Positions 12,551 through 24,299 of a stretch of 64,000 nucleotides of DNA are shown here, one piece after another (the first letter of the stretch is position 1; every line of letters starts with the position of its first letter). The notes below the pieces were generated by a model. The model saw nothing but the letters and a program-made list of their open reading frames with translations. It was not told where the DNA came from and did no database searches. The stretch spans positions 222,458,001 to 222,522,000 of the forward strand of contig NC_058368.1 of the NCBI RefSeq assembly GCF_018350175.1. Reading direction: 5' to 3'. This DNA comes from Felis catus. Lineage: Eukaryota. The translations under genes and the position numbers were made by a program.

Positions 12551-12719
12551 AGTTCCTGGGTGGCTCAGTCAGTTAAGCATCCAACCCTTGACTGGTTCAG
12601 GTCATGATTTCAACGTTCGTGAGTTCAAGCCCCATGTCAGGCTCTGTGCTAACAGTGTGAAGCCTTCTTGGGATTCTCTCTCTCTCTCCTTCTCTCTGTC
12701 CCTCCCCTGCTGGTGCGTG

Positions 12720-12770
<51 letters not shown>

Positions 12771-12812
12771 TTTCACTGTCAAAATAAATAAACTTTAAAA
12801 AATCATTAATTA
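12551..12812 (+). mobile_element. Can-SINE with long (CT)n
   Basis: cctgggtggctcagtcagttaagc head, (CT)n, AATAAA and A-rich tail. Confidence 0.95.
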
Positions 12813-12869
12813 ATAAAAAGAAAAAGAAATAGAGATGGACAATGGATAATGTATTCAATAATAAAAGTA

Positions 12870-13740
12870 ACACTGACATCGGTTCTAGAGGTATCTATCA
12901 TAAAGACAATGGGTGGGCCTCTGGCAAACCCAACAGGAGAGACACAGTACATATCCCAGTGTTTAGGAGCAAGGGAATTCTGTCTACAACTGAGAAGTCA
13001 ACCCCATCCAAGCAATGCTCCTGGAATGGTACCACATCCTGGTGAAAAGCTGAGTGCTAAACCATGTACCATCAAGAGACCGTGTAGCCTAAATTTTCCA
13101 TCAGAAGGTAATTATTATCAAGCCACCAAAATTGGAAAGCACCTGTATTTAGTGAAAACTAAATAGTGCCCCATCAGTAATGAGGAGAAATCCTTCTGGT
13201 GGCCAAAATTTATTGAGGTGTACTTTTTCATTTACACTGGGTGGAAAAGAAGTTTAATGAATTAAAAGTGTGCATGAGTTCAGAAGCTGTGGCCCAGGCC
13301 ATGTTAGTTGGTCAGATGCCTGGGAAGTAGCAATTTTGGAAATCTGATGACAAGGAGTTCTAGAGAATAGGCATGTGGGTGGTTTAATAGGCATAGGCAC
13401 AAAATGTGAGAATGTCTGCATCATATGTTACTGTCCATCAGAGATCATCATTTGTATAAGAGGTAATAAACAATACAGTGGAAAGGATGACTCGGCCAGT
13501 AGATTAATAGAAATCAGCTTCTATCCTCAGACACGTCATTGCTTTCACAAAGCAGTATGGAATAGTTAGAGGCTCTAAATGGACTAATGGCATGGATTAC
13601 CTCCTCACAAGTATTTTCTAGCTACTTCTACAGCTGAATATCTGATCTATCTGCAACAGAAGCTGACCTCCTGATATAGAATCCTTTAAGGAGTTGGACA
13701 AGTCACTTAGCTACCATAAACCAAGCCTCCAGAGGATGGA
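12870..13740 (+). mobile_element. ERVL internal pol remnant (RT connection / RNase H / integrase N-terminus), heavily decayed
   Basis: DNA follows the ERVL pol motif order (LGFWSKA.., KSSQWAEL, WKIGDKE..GRGMW, VKIFVSHV.AHQR, NNQVD.MT, LAT..AEC..CQQ) with many stops and indels. Confidence 0.75.
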
Positions 13741-13766
13741 ATGTTAAGGACCATATCTGACCTTCT

Positions 13767-13989
13767 TTTTCTTTAATTTTTTTTAATGTTTGTTGATTTT
13801 TGAGAGAGGGAGAGAGAGAGAGTGCAAGCAGGGGAGGGGCAGAGAGAGAAGGAGACAGAGGTTCTGAATCAGTCTCCAGCCTCTGGGATGACAGCAAAGA
13901 GCCCGATGTGGGGCTCAAACCCATGAAATGGGAGATTATAACCTGAGCAAAAGTCAGATGCTTAACCAAATGAGCCACCTGGGCACCCC
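13767..13989 (-). mobile_element. Can-SINE
   Basis: Full body; degenerate TSD ..CTGRCCTTCT. Confidence 0.95.
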
Positions 13990-14465
13990 AGTACCTGGCC
14001 TTCTAAGTTAAAACTTTATTAGTAAGCATCCCAGAGAACTAGATTGAAGAGGCAGGAAACCAAACATGGGAACAAGTCACAGAACAAAATAATTCACAAA
14101 CAAAATGAGCAGTAAGATAAATTTTGCAAACAGCACTAGAAAACTCAATTGCATGAGTGACTGGTAAATTCAATAAATATTTATATTTCATATATATAAA
14201 AATCTCAGAAATGAAAAGAAAGTTTCATCTTTAAATGAGAGTAAACCTTTATTTACAAGAGGAGCTGGCTGTATAAAGGGTCAATTAAAGGGGTTGTTGT
14301 GAAAAATAAATACTTTCTAATTATTGCAGTCAATAAGAGGGAAAATCCATTGAATAAATAATAAGAAAAATATTAACCTAGAATTAAGATGATAATCCAG
14401 AATGGAAACCAAAGCAATAAAGAGAGGAAAACTGAATAAAAGAGACTTTAAGAATATGCAAAATA

Positions 14466-14684
14466 GGGGCGCCTGGGTGGCGCAGTCGGTTAAGCGTCCG
14501 ACTTCAGCCAGGTCACGATCTTGCGGTCCGTGAGTTCGAGCCCCGCGTCAGGCTCTGCGCTGATGGCTCAGAGCCTGGAGCCTGTTTCCAATTCTGTGTC
14601 TCCCTCTCTCTCTGCCCCTCCCCTGTTCATGCTCTGTCTCTCTCTGTCCCAAAAATAAATAAACGTTGAAAAAAAAATTAAAAA
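14466..14684 (+). mobile_element. Young felid Can-SINE (SINEC_Fc-like)
   Basis: Near-identical to 1927-2148; perfect 16-bp TSD AAGAATATGCAAAATA at 14450-14465 and 14685-14700. Confidence 0.98.
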
Positions 14685-15219
14685 AAGAATATGCAAAATA
14701 TCTTGAAAAGAAGCAAGGTATTGTTTATAAGGAGTTCCAGAAGAAACACGTAAACTAAATGAGAAATGCAAAATATTTGATAAGAAAAATATTAACCTAG
14801 GAGGAAGTAGCCAAAAAGCTATGGTATGAAAAAAAGAAATTAAACATGCTAAGTCTAAATGAATACTGATATAAAAACAAAACAATACACTTCATTTGAA
14901 TGCAAAAGCATGAAGATACATAAGACATAGTAACAATCAGATACATTCAGCACTTAAATTTTATAGAGATATTGATTAAAGGACACAATGAACAGGACTA
15001 TTTAAACTTATAGACACCTAAAATGATAGTCCTAAAATTATAAAGCAAAGAGTGATGAAATTACAAGCAAATACACAATTAAATTGGAAGATTTTAAAAT
15101 ATCTATCTGAGTAACATATATATCAAGCAGTTAAAAAATTAGGATGTATATAGATCTTTCACAAGTAACAAGAAAAATACAAAATTTAAAAATTGACTAC
15201 TCTGCTATAAGAGAATTCT

Positions 15220-16250
15220 TTTTCTATCACATTTTTATTTAAATTCTACTTAGTTAACATATAGTGTAATATTGTTTTCAGAAGTAGAAGTTAGCAATTC
15301 GTCACTTACATAGAATACCCAGTGCCCCACACAAATGCCCTCTATAATGCCCATCACTCAGCCCATCCCCTGCCCACTTCCCTCCATCTACCCTCAGTTT
15401 GTTCTCTATAGTTAAGAGTCTCTTATGGTTTGTATGTTTGTTTCTCTCTCTCTCTCTCTTTTTCCCTTCCCCTATGTTCATCAGTTTTGTTTCTTAAATT
15501 CCACATATAAGTGAAATAATATAGTGTTTGTCTTTCTGTGACCTATTTCACTTAGCATAATACACTCTAGCTCCATCCATATCATTGGAAATGACAAGAT
15601 TTCATTCTTTTTGATGGCTGAGTAATACAAAAATATGATATATTAATACTTACTAATATATATAATACATATATGAAGCATTATATTAATATATATTACA
15701 TTAATATTAATATATGATATATATTTATCTCTCTATATATATAGATATACATACCACATATTCTTTATCCATTCATGTAAACATCAGGGTTCTGATGTAA
15801 ACATTGGGATGCATATGTCTCTACAAATTAGTATTTTTGTATCCTTTGTGTAAATACCTAGTAGTACAATTTCTGGGTCATAGTGTCGTTCTATTTTTAA
15901 CTGTTTAAGACACCTTCATACTGTTTTCCAGAGTGACTGCACCAGTTTGCATTGTCACTAACAGTGTAAGAGAGTTCCCCTTTCTCCACATCCTTGCCAA
16001 CATCTGTGGTTTCTTGTTTTGTTAATTTTAGCCATTTTGGCAGGTATGACATGGTATCTCGTTGAGGTTTGGATTTGTATTTTCCTGATGGCGAGTGATG
16101 TTGAGCAAACTTCATGACTTTGTAGACATCTATATGTCTTCTTTGGAAAAGTGTCTGTTCGTGTCTTCTGCCCATTTCTTAACTGGATTAATTATTTTGG
16201 GGGAGTTGAATTTGATAAGTTCTTTATTGATTTGAGATGTTAACCCTTTA
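15220..16250 (-). mobile_element. 5'-truncated carnivore L1 (ORF2 C-terminus plus 3' UTR)
   Basis: Carnivore L1 3' UTR; ORF 15897-16175 carries L1-like [30 protein letters not shown]; degenerate TSD TATMAGRGAATTCT. Confidence 0.93.
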
Positions 16251-17879
16251 TCAGGGAATTCTCAAGGTATCGTAAGAAATACATAAAATATAGCCTCTAT
16301 TGTTGGAATGCATAAAATTAGAAATTAACAACAAAAACACATACACAGTCACAAGTACATGAAACTTATTGTTGGAAATGAAACAACTTCTAATCAATGA
16401 TGGAAATAGGAAATAATAAAAATAATGAATGAAGCTGATACCAACATGCAGAATTTTAGGTAGACATAGTAACACTATGAAATTATAAACTCAGAATTTA
16501 AACATCACATAAAGGCAACATGTGCTGAGTATTGGCAAGAAAAGAAATTGAGACACCAGGAAAAGAGATTGAGGAATGGTTAATGGAGTAAGAGGAAAGG
16601 AAAAAAAAAGAAAAGCATTAGATTTCAAAAAAGCATGTGCTTTCCATTGAACTGACATAGAGTTGAAAGGAGGGGACTTCCTTATAATATCAAAAATTCT
16701 GATTCAGGTACAACTTCACATCTTTCCTATTCTTTTTTACTTGGGAATTTTTATAAATGATTTACTTTTACTTCTAGGCAGTTACGAATAACAATGTCAA
16801 TAGTAGATATCGACAAGGTGATTCAGTCCATTCTGAGAAATATACGTGGATGTCTACTCTATGTTGTAAGCTTCCAGATGCTGGAAATTATAGCTTGTAT
16901 AAAATATAAACTATTGTTGAATTTTATTTCTTTTGGTACTTCTACTTCTGAATGCTAGCATCGGCCAGTAAAATTGTATTCTTAACACTTTTTCCTTTAC
17001 TTATGACCGTTAAAATTCACTTCAAATTCCATTCCAAGATATCTCTTATTTCTGATATCTTGCCATCCATTCTATATCTGATAATTTTAAAAGCTACTCT
17101 CAAAACACTAGAGTTTTATACTGTTTCTCCAACACTAACCTTGATTTCTTCCAACCAACACGAATCAACTTAACATAAAATGAATTCATCTTCTTGGTCC
17201 TTTGTACTTCTCACTAAGTTTGCATAATACTTATGAACAGAAATCAGAAAGCTTTCCTTTATATAAATAATGGTGTAATACGTAGTTTTTCTGAAGACAT
17301 AGTCAACAAATGCAAAATTCCAGAAAGTTTTGAAAGACTATTTGATGTTCATTTTATAGGTAATAGTATGGCCATATTATATTTGTTTAATGGTTCCAGT
17401 CGTCTTTTCAGTAGTATGATCTACAATATAAGAAGTGAACTAATAATAATTACAAAATAGTATTATAAAATTTGCTATTTATAGAACTTCTCTTGGCAAG
17501 GTTGGTACAATTTAGTTTATCTATGTCAAAAAATAACAAATTCTCAATTATTTGGTCAGTTGTGTATATCCATGTGCAGAAAACTTTACCTGATTATATA
17601 TTTAAGTCACAGGTAAATTTTGATCACCTGCAAACTTACTTGGTTCACCTGCCTCCAAGTTAGAAATGCAACAAACAGCACCAGCAGGTGCATCAACAAA
17701 CTTAATTAACGTTTCCATTATTTGCAGTTGCTCATTACAAAGCTGCTTTCTATAGTTCATCCAGTCTTTAATTTATCACAAAACAGCCAAACTCCATAAC
17801 TGTGTACTTGCGACTTGAGAAAGTTCTATATAAAATACTAGTAAGTCTGGTAGTTCCAATTATCTAAATTTCATTCAGG

Positions 17880-18189
17880 TTTTTTGCTCAAGTGCCAAAT
17901 ATTGATAAAGGACTTTAGTGATAACTGTATCTAAAATCCCATTGTTTTGGGTAAAAAAATATTAAACAATTATCCACCTTATTTGGTTTCCTTTTCAACA
18001 AATCCCTTGAATGACCTTACATTATATCATATAATATATATTTGTTTATTATCTGGGTTCTCCACTACAATGAAAGATCGCTTATGGAAACAGGGTTTTT
18101 CTCTGCTTTGTAAACTACTCTATTTTCTGTATCACGAAAGTGACTGATGCTTAATAGGGGCTCCACAAATATCTGTTGAATGAACAAAT
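17880..18189 (+). mobile_element. LINE-2 3' end
   Basis: Terminal ctccacaaatatctgttgaatgaac motif typical of L2. Confidence 0.7.
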
Positions 18190-18749
18190 AAAAGAGCCAC
18201 TGTAGAGAGAGAAAAGTCTGTCCACTAACCTTGGATGACTCTCTATGATATAAAAATCTTAATGTGTTTTGTTTTGTCATAGTCTAAAATGTAGAGATTA
18301 TCCTTGGGAAAATAAGAAATACTTCCACAAAAGAGAAAGGATAAAGTCTGTTGAGAAAAAGAGCAGAACCTGACCTTTAACTGAATAATAACGGAAAAAG
18401 AATTTGAGAAATGAGAAGATACACCATCTCTGGTAGAATTTATATACATTTAGGTATAGAATAGGTGGCATATTCATTATTAAACATGGAAATTCTTATT
18501 GTAAAGAATACATTCCAACGTTATTATAAAAATAATAATGAAAATAATCAATTAACAGTAATTATATTGAAGAATGTTAAAATGACAAAGAACAGATGTA
18601 TCAGACAGACCTGTACCTTGGCTCTATCAGTTTCCATTAATTTTTTTTTTACGTTTCATCTTATTTATTCACAAATCAACAACAAATATAATAAGGATGT
18701 TGAAACCATGAAATGGAGTCACAAAGAGCACTGGTAAAAGAGATTTGTG

Positions 18750-19040
18750 ACAATTGTCCCAAATCAATGTTCTCCTCCTATTGTTGGATAGACATCTAAC
18801 CTACATTACCCATTCTCTTTTACTTACTCTGTAAGTTCTATTCTATTGAACTGCCAATTGATGAACTCCACTTCCAGATATGGTTCATGGCACTTCCCAT
18901 ACACTCTTTTCTTCTTCCATCTTGATAGAGAGAAAAGGACATGAGCCCTTGGAAGCCATATGGTAAGGATGGCAAGTTCTCTGACAGCCTGGATCCCTGA
19001 ATGACCACATGGAGGAAGGCAGTTCTGCAGATCTTTTGAC
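18750..19040 (+). mobile_element. Old MaLR LTR fragment (MLT1J/K-like)
   Basis: gcctggatccctgaatgaccacatggagga motif. Confidence 0.65.
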
Positions 19041-19912
19041 CCACTCATTACTATAATAAGAGCAAGAAATACATTTAAAGTGTTTTTAGCCCACTTTATC
19101 TTTTCCCCCAGAAAATAGTCAATTTTAACATAAATCATAAAATTTGATATACTGACTGTAATAAATACTGGTCAGCTATGTTATTTTAGTGGCTGCTTTA
19201 TGCCAGGACACGTTGCATTTTTTAAGTTGTCTAAGTAAATAGTGGGTCATTACTTACTTCATGGGCAGAGATGATATGAAAATCTTTGAAAGTGACAAAA
19301 TCAATATCCAGATACAGTCAAAAACTCCTGTGTTTTAAAAGATATCATTATTTCATCCATAAAGGTTATGTTGAAAATGAAAATTCCCATTGATATGTGG
19401 ATTTCTAATAATTAGCTAGAATTAGGTTCATTTGTTAGTTAAATGATTTATTATTAGATAACAACTTCAGATTTCATTCCATTCAAGTTCCCGGTAGAGC
19501 AAAATTTTACTTAAGGTATTTAAAGCCACAGTAGAATAGGTTTTTTAAAAATGATACAACTAGTTTAGTGTTGTAGGTATCTATTATAAACAATACACCA
19601 CTATACATCTCACCTACTGACCTATAAAGATTTATACTAATTATAAGTTACTTTTATGATGGGAGGAAACTAAGAAATATTAACTCTGATTGCATTATTT
19701 AATCCCACCTTCTCATTCATTTATATGCTTGTTTTCTTCACATATATTTGGAGAATGTAAGAACCAAACTCCAAATTTCTTATTCTAAAGAATATAAATG
19801 AAAATAGTATTTGGGTAGAATAAAATTTATAAAAAAAGAACAACTGTAATGTTTACATAAAAACATATGGGTAGGAGGAAATAGGAATGAGGCAGCACTA
19901 CAGGACTTACTT

Positions 19913-20160
19913 ATGTGTGTGTGTGTGTGTGTGTGTGTTTTAATGTTTACTTATTTTGAGAGAGAGAGAGCTTGCATGTGTTTGCATGTGCACGCATGCA
20001 AGTTGGGGACAGGCAGAGAGAAAAGGAAAGAAAATCCCAACCAGGCTCAGCACTGTCAGGGCAGAGTCCAACATGGGGTCAACTTCATGAGGCATGAGAT
20101 CATGACTGACTGAGCTGAAATCAAGAATCAGATATCTAACCAACTGAGCCACCCAGTCCC
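19913..20160 (-). mobile_element. Can-SINE whose tail contains a (CA)n microsatellite
   Basis: TSD CAGGACTTACTT at 19901-19912 and 20163-20174 encloses both the SINE and the (TG)n at 19914-19938. Confidence 0.93.
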
Positions 20161-20210
20161 TGCAGGACTTACTTTTTAAATGAATTTTGGTTTCCTGAAA
20201 ATAATCTGTC

Positions 20211-21453
20211 TTTATTTTTTTTCATTTATTTTAATTTATATCCAAGTTAGCATATAGTACAATAATGGTTTCAGGAGTAGAATCCAGTGACTTATCAGCT
20301 ACGTAATAACACCCAGTGCTCATCCCAACAAGTGCCCTCCTCAATGCCCCTTGCCCATTTGGGCCATCATTCTACCCAAGACCCCTCCACCAACACTCAG
20401 TTTGGTCTTGTATTTAAGAGTCTTTTATGTTTTGCCCCCCCTCCCTGTTTTTTGTATTATTTTTACTTACTTCCCCTTATGTTCATCTGTTTTGTATCTT
20501 AAATTCCACATATGAGTGAAGCCCTATGATATTTGTCTTTCTCTGACTAATTTCTCTTAGCATAATATACTCTACTTCCATCCATGTTGTCACAAATGGC
20601 AAGATTTCATTCTTAATTGCCGAGTAATGTCCCATTGCATATATATACCACATCTTCTTTATCCATTTATCAGTCAATGGACATTTGAGCTCTTTCCATA
20701 CTTTGGCTATTGTCGATAGCACTGCTATGGGTTGCATGTGCCCCTTCAAAACAGCACTCCCATATCCTTTAGATAAATGTCTAGTAGTGCAGTTGCTGGG
20801 ATGTAGGGTAGTTCTATTTTCAATTTCTCGGGAAACCTCTGTATTGTTTCAGCATAGAATGGCTGCATCAGTTTGCATTCCAACCAGGAATGCAAAAGGG
20901 TTCCTCTTTCTCCACATCCTCACCAACATCTGTCATGCCTGAGTTGTTAATTTTAGCCATTCTGCCAGGTGTGAGGTGGTATCTCATTGTGGTTTTGATT
21001 TGTATTTTCCTGATGATGAGTGATGTTGAGCATCTTTTCATGTGTCTGTTAGCCATCTAGATGTCTTTTTTGGAAAAGTGTCTATTCATGTCTTTTGCCC
21101 ATTTCTTCACTGGGTCATTTATTTTTGGGGTGTTGAGTTTGATAAGTTCTTTATAGATTTTGGATACTAATCCTTTTTCTGATGTCATTTGTAAATATCT
21201 TTTCCCATTCCATACGGTGCCATTTAGTTTTGCTGATTTTTTCCTTTATGTGCATAAGCTTTTTATCTTGATGAGGTCCCAATAGTTCATTTTTGCTTTT
21301 GTTCCACTTGCCTCCAGAGAAATGTTGAGTAAGACGTTTCTGCAGCTGAGGTCAAAGAGGATTTTGCCTGCTTTCTCCCCTAGGATTTTGATGTATTCCT
21401 GTCTTATGTTTAGGTCTTTCATCCATTTTGAGTTTATTTTTGTGTGTGGTAAG
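20211..21453 (-). mobile_element. 5'-truncated carnivore/felid L1 (ORF2 C-terminus plus 3' UTR)
   Basis: ORFs 21246-21458, 20868-21056 and 20483-20749 encode L1 ORF2 pieces ([22 protein letters not shown]...[18 protein letters not shown]); TSD GAAAATAA(T)CTGT. Confidence 0.96.
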
Positions 21454-23593
21454 GTCAAGAAAATAACTGTTTTTAATACCTATGAACATGAAACACTATA
21501 CGTAATTTATTTTATGTTAGAATACTACATTCCTCCAAGTAAAGTCACCCTCAATCTTTTGCAAGGCTGTCAGATGGTGTTCTGTCTTTCAAATAGCTGT
21601 AAAGGCTCAAAGTCATAGGTTGATAACAAATTTGTCAATAAGCATTAGCGATAGCAAATACACTTAGAGCAAAATGAAATTGTGGATATTCAATTATAGA
21701 GCAATCAACTTTGTTGATTTGTTTTAATACCTGAAAGACAGCCCCAACTTTCACAGATTAACAACACACCATCTGTATCCAAGCTTGACACTAATTGCTA
21801 GTAAAACAAAAATGAAAGCTCATTTTCCAAAACTGCAAATTGCAACTTGTAATCAAATTCAAGATGGTCATTTTCTCAAAAATTTTCCATGATCCTGTAA
21901 CTAAGGCAAACTAAAGACGTACCATTTTTTTTCCTTTGAGTTTTCTCCTTTAGCATTTTGGACTATAGTTGACAATAAATTTACTCTACAGCATTTTTAT
22001 TTCAAACCCCGGTCATTTGTTTATGTGTATGTGTATACTGTAACTCTTCTAAATACAACAAGGAAGACTAAATACCTGTTCCTACTAATAGTGATTCCTA
22101 ACTGTCCCCTTATTTCCATAAATTATCTTGAATTTCCATATGACTACTAAGATGGCAAAATGAGCTATTACGAATTATATTTGAGTTACGAGGAGGCTGC
22201 ATTTCATCAGAGTAGAAAAATATATGTTATAGTGTGTATAATCATTGAGTAAGAATAGACATATTTTAAAAATCAGGTTTGAATAAAGGATTAATGGAGG
22301 AACATAGCATAATAGAAAAAGTCTCAGCACCTGAATTTTCAGGTAGGTTTGGGAGAGTAGAAACCATCTTCAGCCTGGGCTATTGTTACCTTTGATAACA
22401 GTAATTATCTACTAAAGACTAAATAAAAGCAAAGCATAATTCACCTCTTAGAAGAAGAAAGAAATCTCATAGGGAGACTAGAAAGGGAGAAAGCTGAAGT
22501 TCTAGGTCATTGGAATAAAAATTAATACATGATGGAACTAGAGATTACTGGGAAAGAAAGAAGCCATGTACTCAGATTGGATGGAATATTATTGTGATAT
22601 TACTTTCTAGATTCTCTACTTTCCATTTTCTAGGATGATTGAGGGGTCTTGAATCTTGATTTGGAAGGGTTCCAGGGCAGAATATAGTTTATTGCACATT
22701 CCCTGGACTTTCTTATTTGATGAGATGACTGATTATAATTAAAGATTTATATCACTTACTTGATACCCATTTTAAAATGCAAATGAGCATGATAGTTAAA
22801 AAAGATTAACTTGCTGCAAATTAATTTGATCTACTTAAATTTCTAACAAGGCATAAATTAGAGATACAACACGTGTGATCTTTCAACTTACAATTATGAG
22901 AGAATTGGGCAGGCAAGTGATGGAGGTTGGAAGTGTAGAAAGTGTCAAGGGGGAGAAGAAACCTAAAAGAGTCACAGCAGAGAAAATCTGAAAGCAGCAT
23001 GGTTCATAGTATAGTTTCAATGAAAAAGTAGGACACTGGTAATATAAGTGAGTAAACAACTCAAAATGGATTTGTTCTCTTGAAATTCTGCCTAAATTGC
23101 AAATTGCACTCACAAAAATTAGGTGTTACCAAGTTATTTCCTTTGACAAGTATAATGTGGAAGGGAGATATTCTGTATGTCCAGGGAGCGTTTGTGTGAA
23201 TGAGAAGGTAATGATCATTTATTGGATGGTTTGTTGCTGCCTTTATCACAGCCTTCCATTATGAGACTTCAAATGGTCTTGCATATAATCTAAATTGAGT
23301 ATTAATTATGTTAAATGTATACTAGGAAGGAAAGATCTAGCATGAATCAGAATTGCATCAATTCTTAATATTTAGAAGAGTTCAAACAGACCTGTGAACT
23401 GAGTGGGACTTGAAATTTCAATGTTGTTCAAAAACTGAAGATTTTATTCAAGTAAAAGTTCTTGTAAAAATAACTATATGAAGCATGACAAGTTTGCCCA
23501 ATAACAATTAGTTTTTGTATGAACTGAGAGACATTTTGAATAGATTGTGCTATCTGGCAACTCGGTTTGTCCCTGAGTTCCTTTCATTTTCAT

Positions 23594-23828
23594 AGAGAGG
23601 AGAGGAGAGGAGAGGAGAGGAGAGGAGAGGAGAGGAGAGGAGAGGAGAGGAGAGGAGAGGAGAGGAGAGGAGAGGAGGGAAGGGAAGGGAAGGGAAGGGA
23701 AGGGAAGGGAAGGGAAGGGAAGGGAAGGGAAGGGAAGGGAAGGGAAGGGAAGAGAAGAGAAGAGAAGAGAAGAGAAGAGAAGAGAAGAGAAGAGAAGAGA
23801 AGAGAAGAGAAGAGAAGAGAAGAGAGAG
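23594..23828. repeat. Compound polypurine pentanucleotide microsatellite (GAGAG)n(GGGAA)n(AGAGA)n
   Basis: 235 bp of uninterrupted purines on the + strand. Confidence 0.98.
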
Positions 23829-24299
23829 CAGGGGGTGGGGGAGCATTATATGTAAAACTATAAAGAATTTTTTAAATACTTTTTTACTAAATTTTCTCTT
23901 ATACTGTGTTACTTTGCTAGTTCCCCAGAAAAGATGTAATCTGAACAATAGTGAGTTAGAAAAACAACATTGTTCAAACAATACTGAAATATCTTGACAT
24001 CTCTAAGGTTCCAGTTCCTTGCAAAACAATGTAATAATACCTAGCAAGGGAAAATAGAGACACCTGAATTTAGGTGATGATAGAGTACCTATAACATGTC
24101 AAAGTGTTCACTGCAGGAAATCTGAGATAGGTAAGGTAGAAATAAATACAGAAGAAAGGTATGTGGTAACTCATCAGATGTATAAATGAATCTATAAGAA
24201 ATATCTAAGTATTTCTCAGAAATGCTATAAGATTTTTATCATAAATACTAAGAAGAGGACCCTGAAACAGATTTCATGGTGGGGAGGTCGTACTCAAGT

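Larger units (their letters stand above)
14240..16500 (+). mobile_element. Old L1M ORF1/ORF2-endonuclease remnants, interrupted by a SINE and a younger L1
   Basis: aaggagttccagaagaa (ORF1 GVPE); ~15005-15130 resembles the endonuclease NIYAPN..IKQ..GDFN region; resumes at ~16260 with KLEINNK. Confidence 0.6.

Noticed and set aside
23550..23981. Longest ORFs (143 aa on - strand, 98 aa on + strand) with repetitive peptides
   Set aside because: Translation of the pentanucleotide microsatellite
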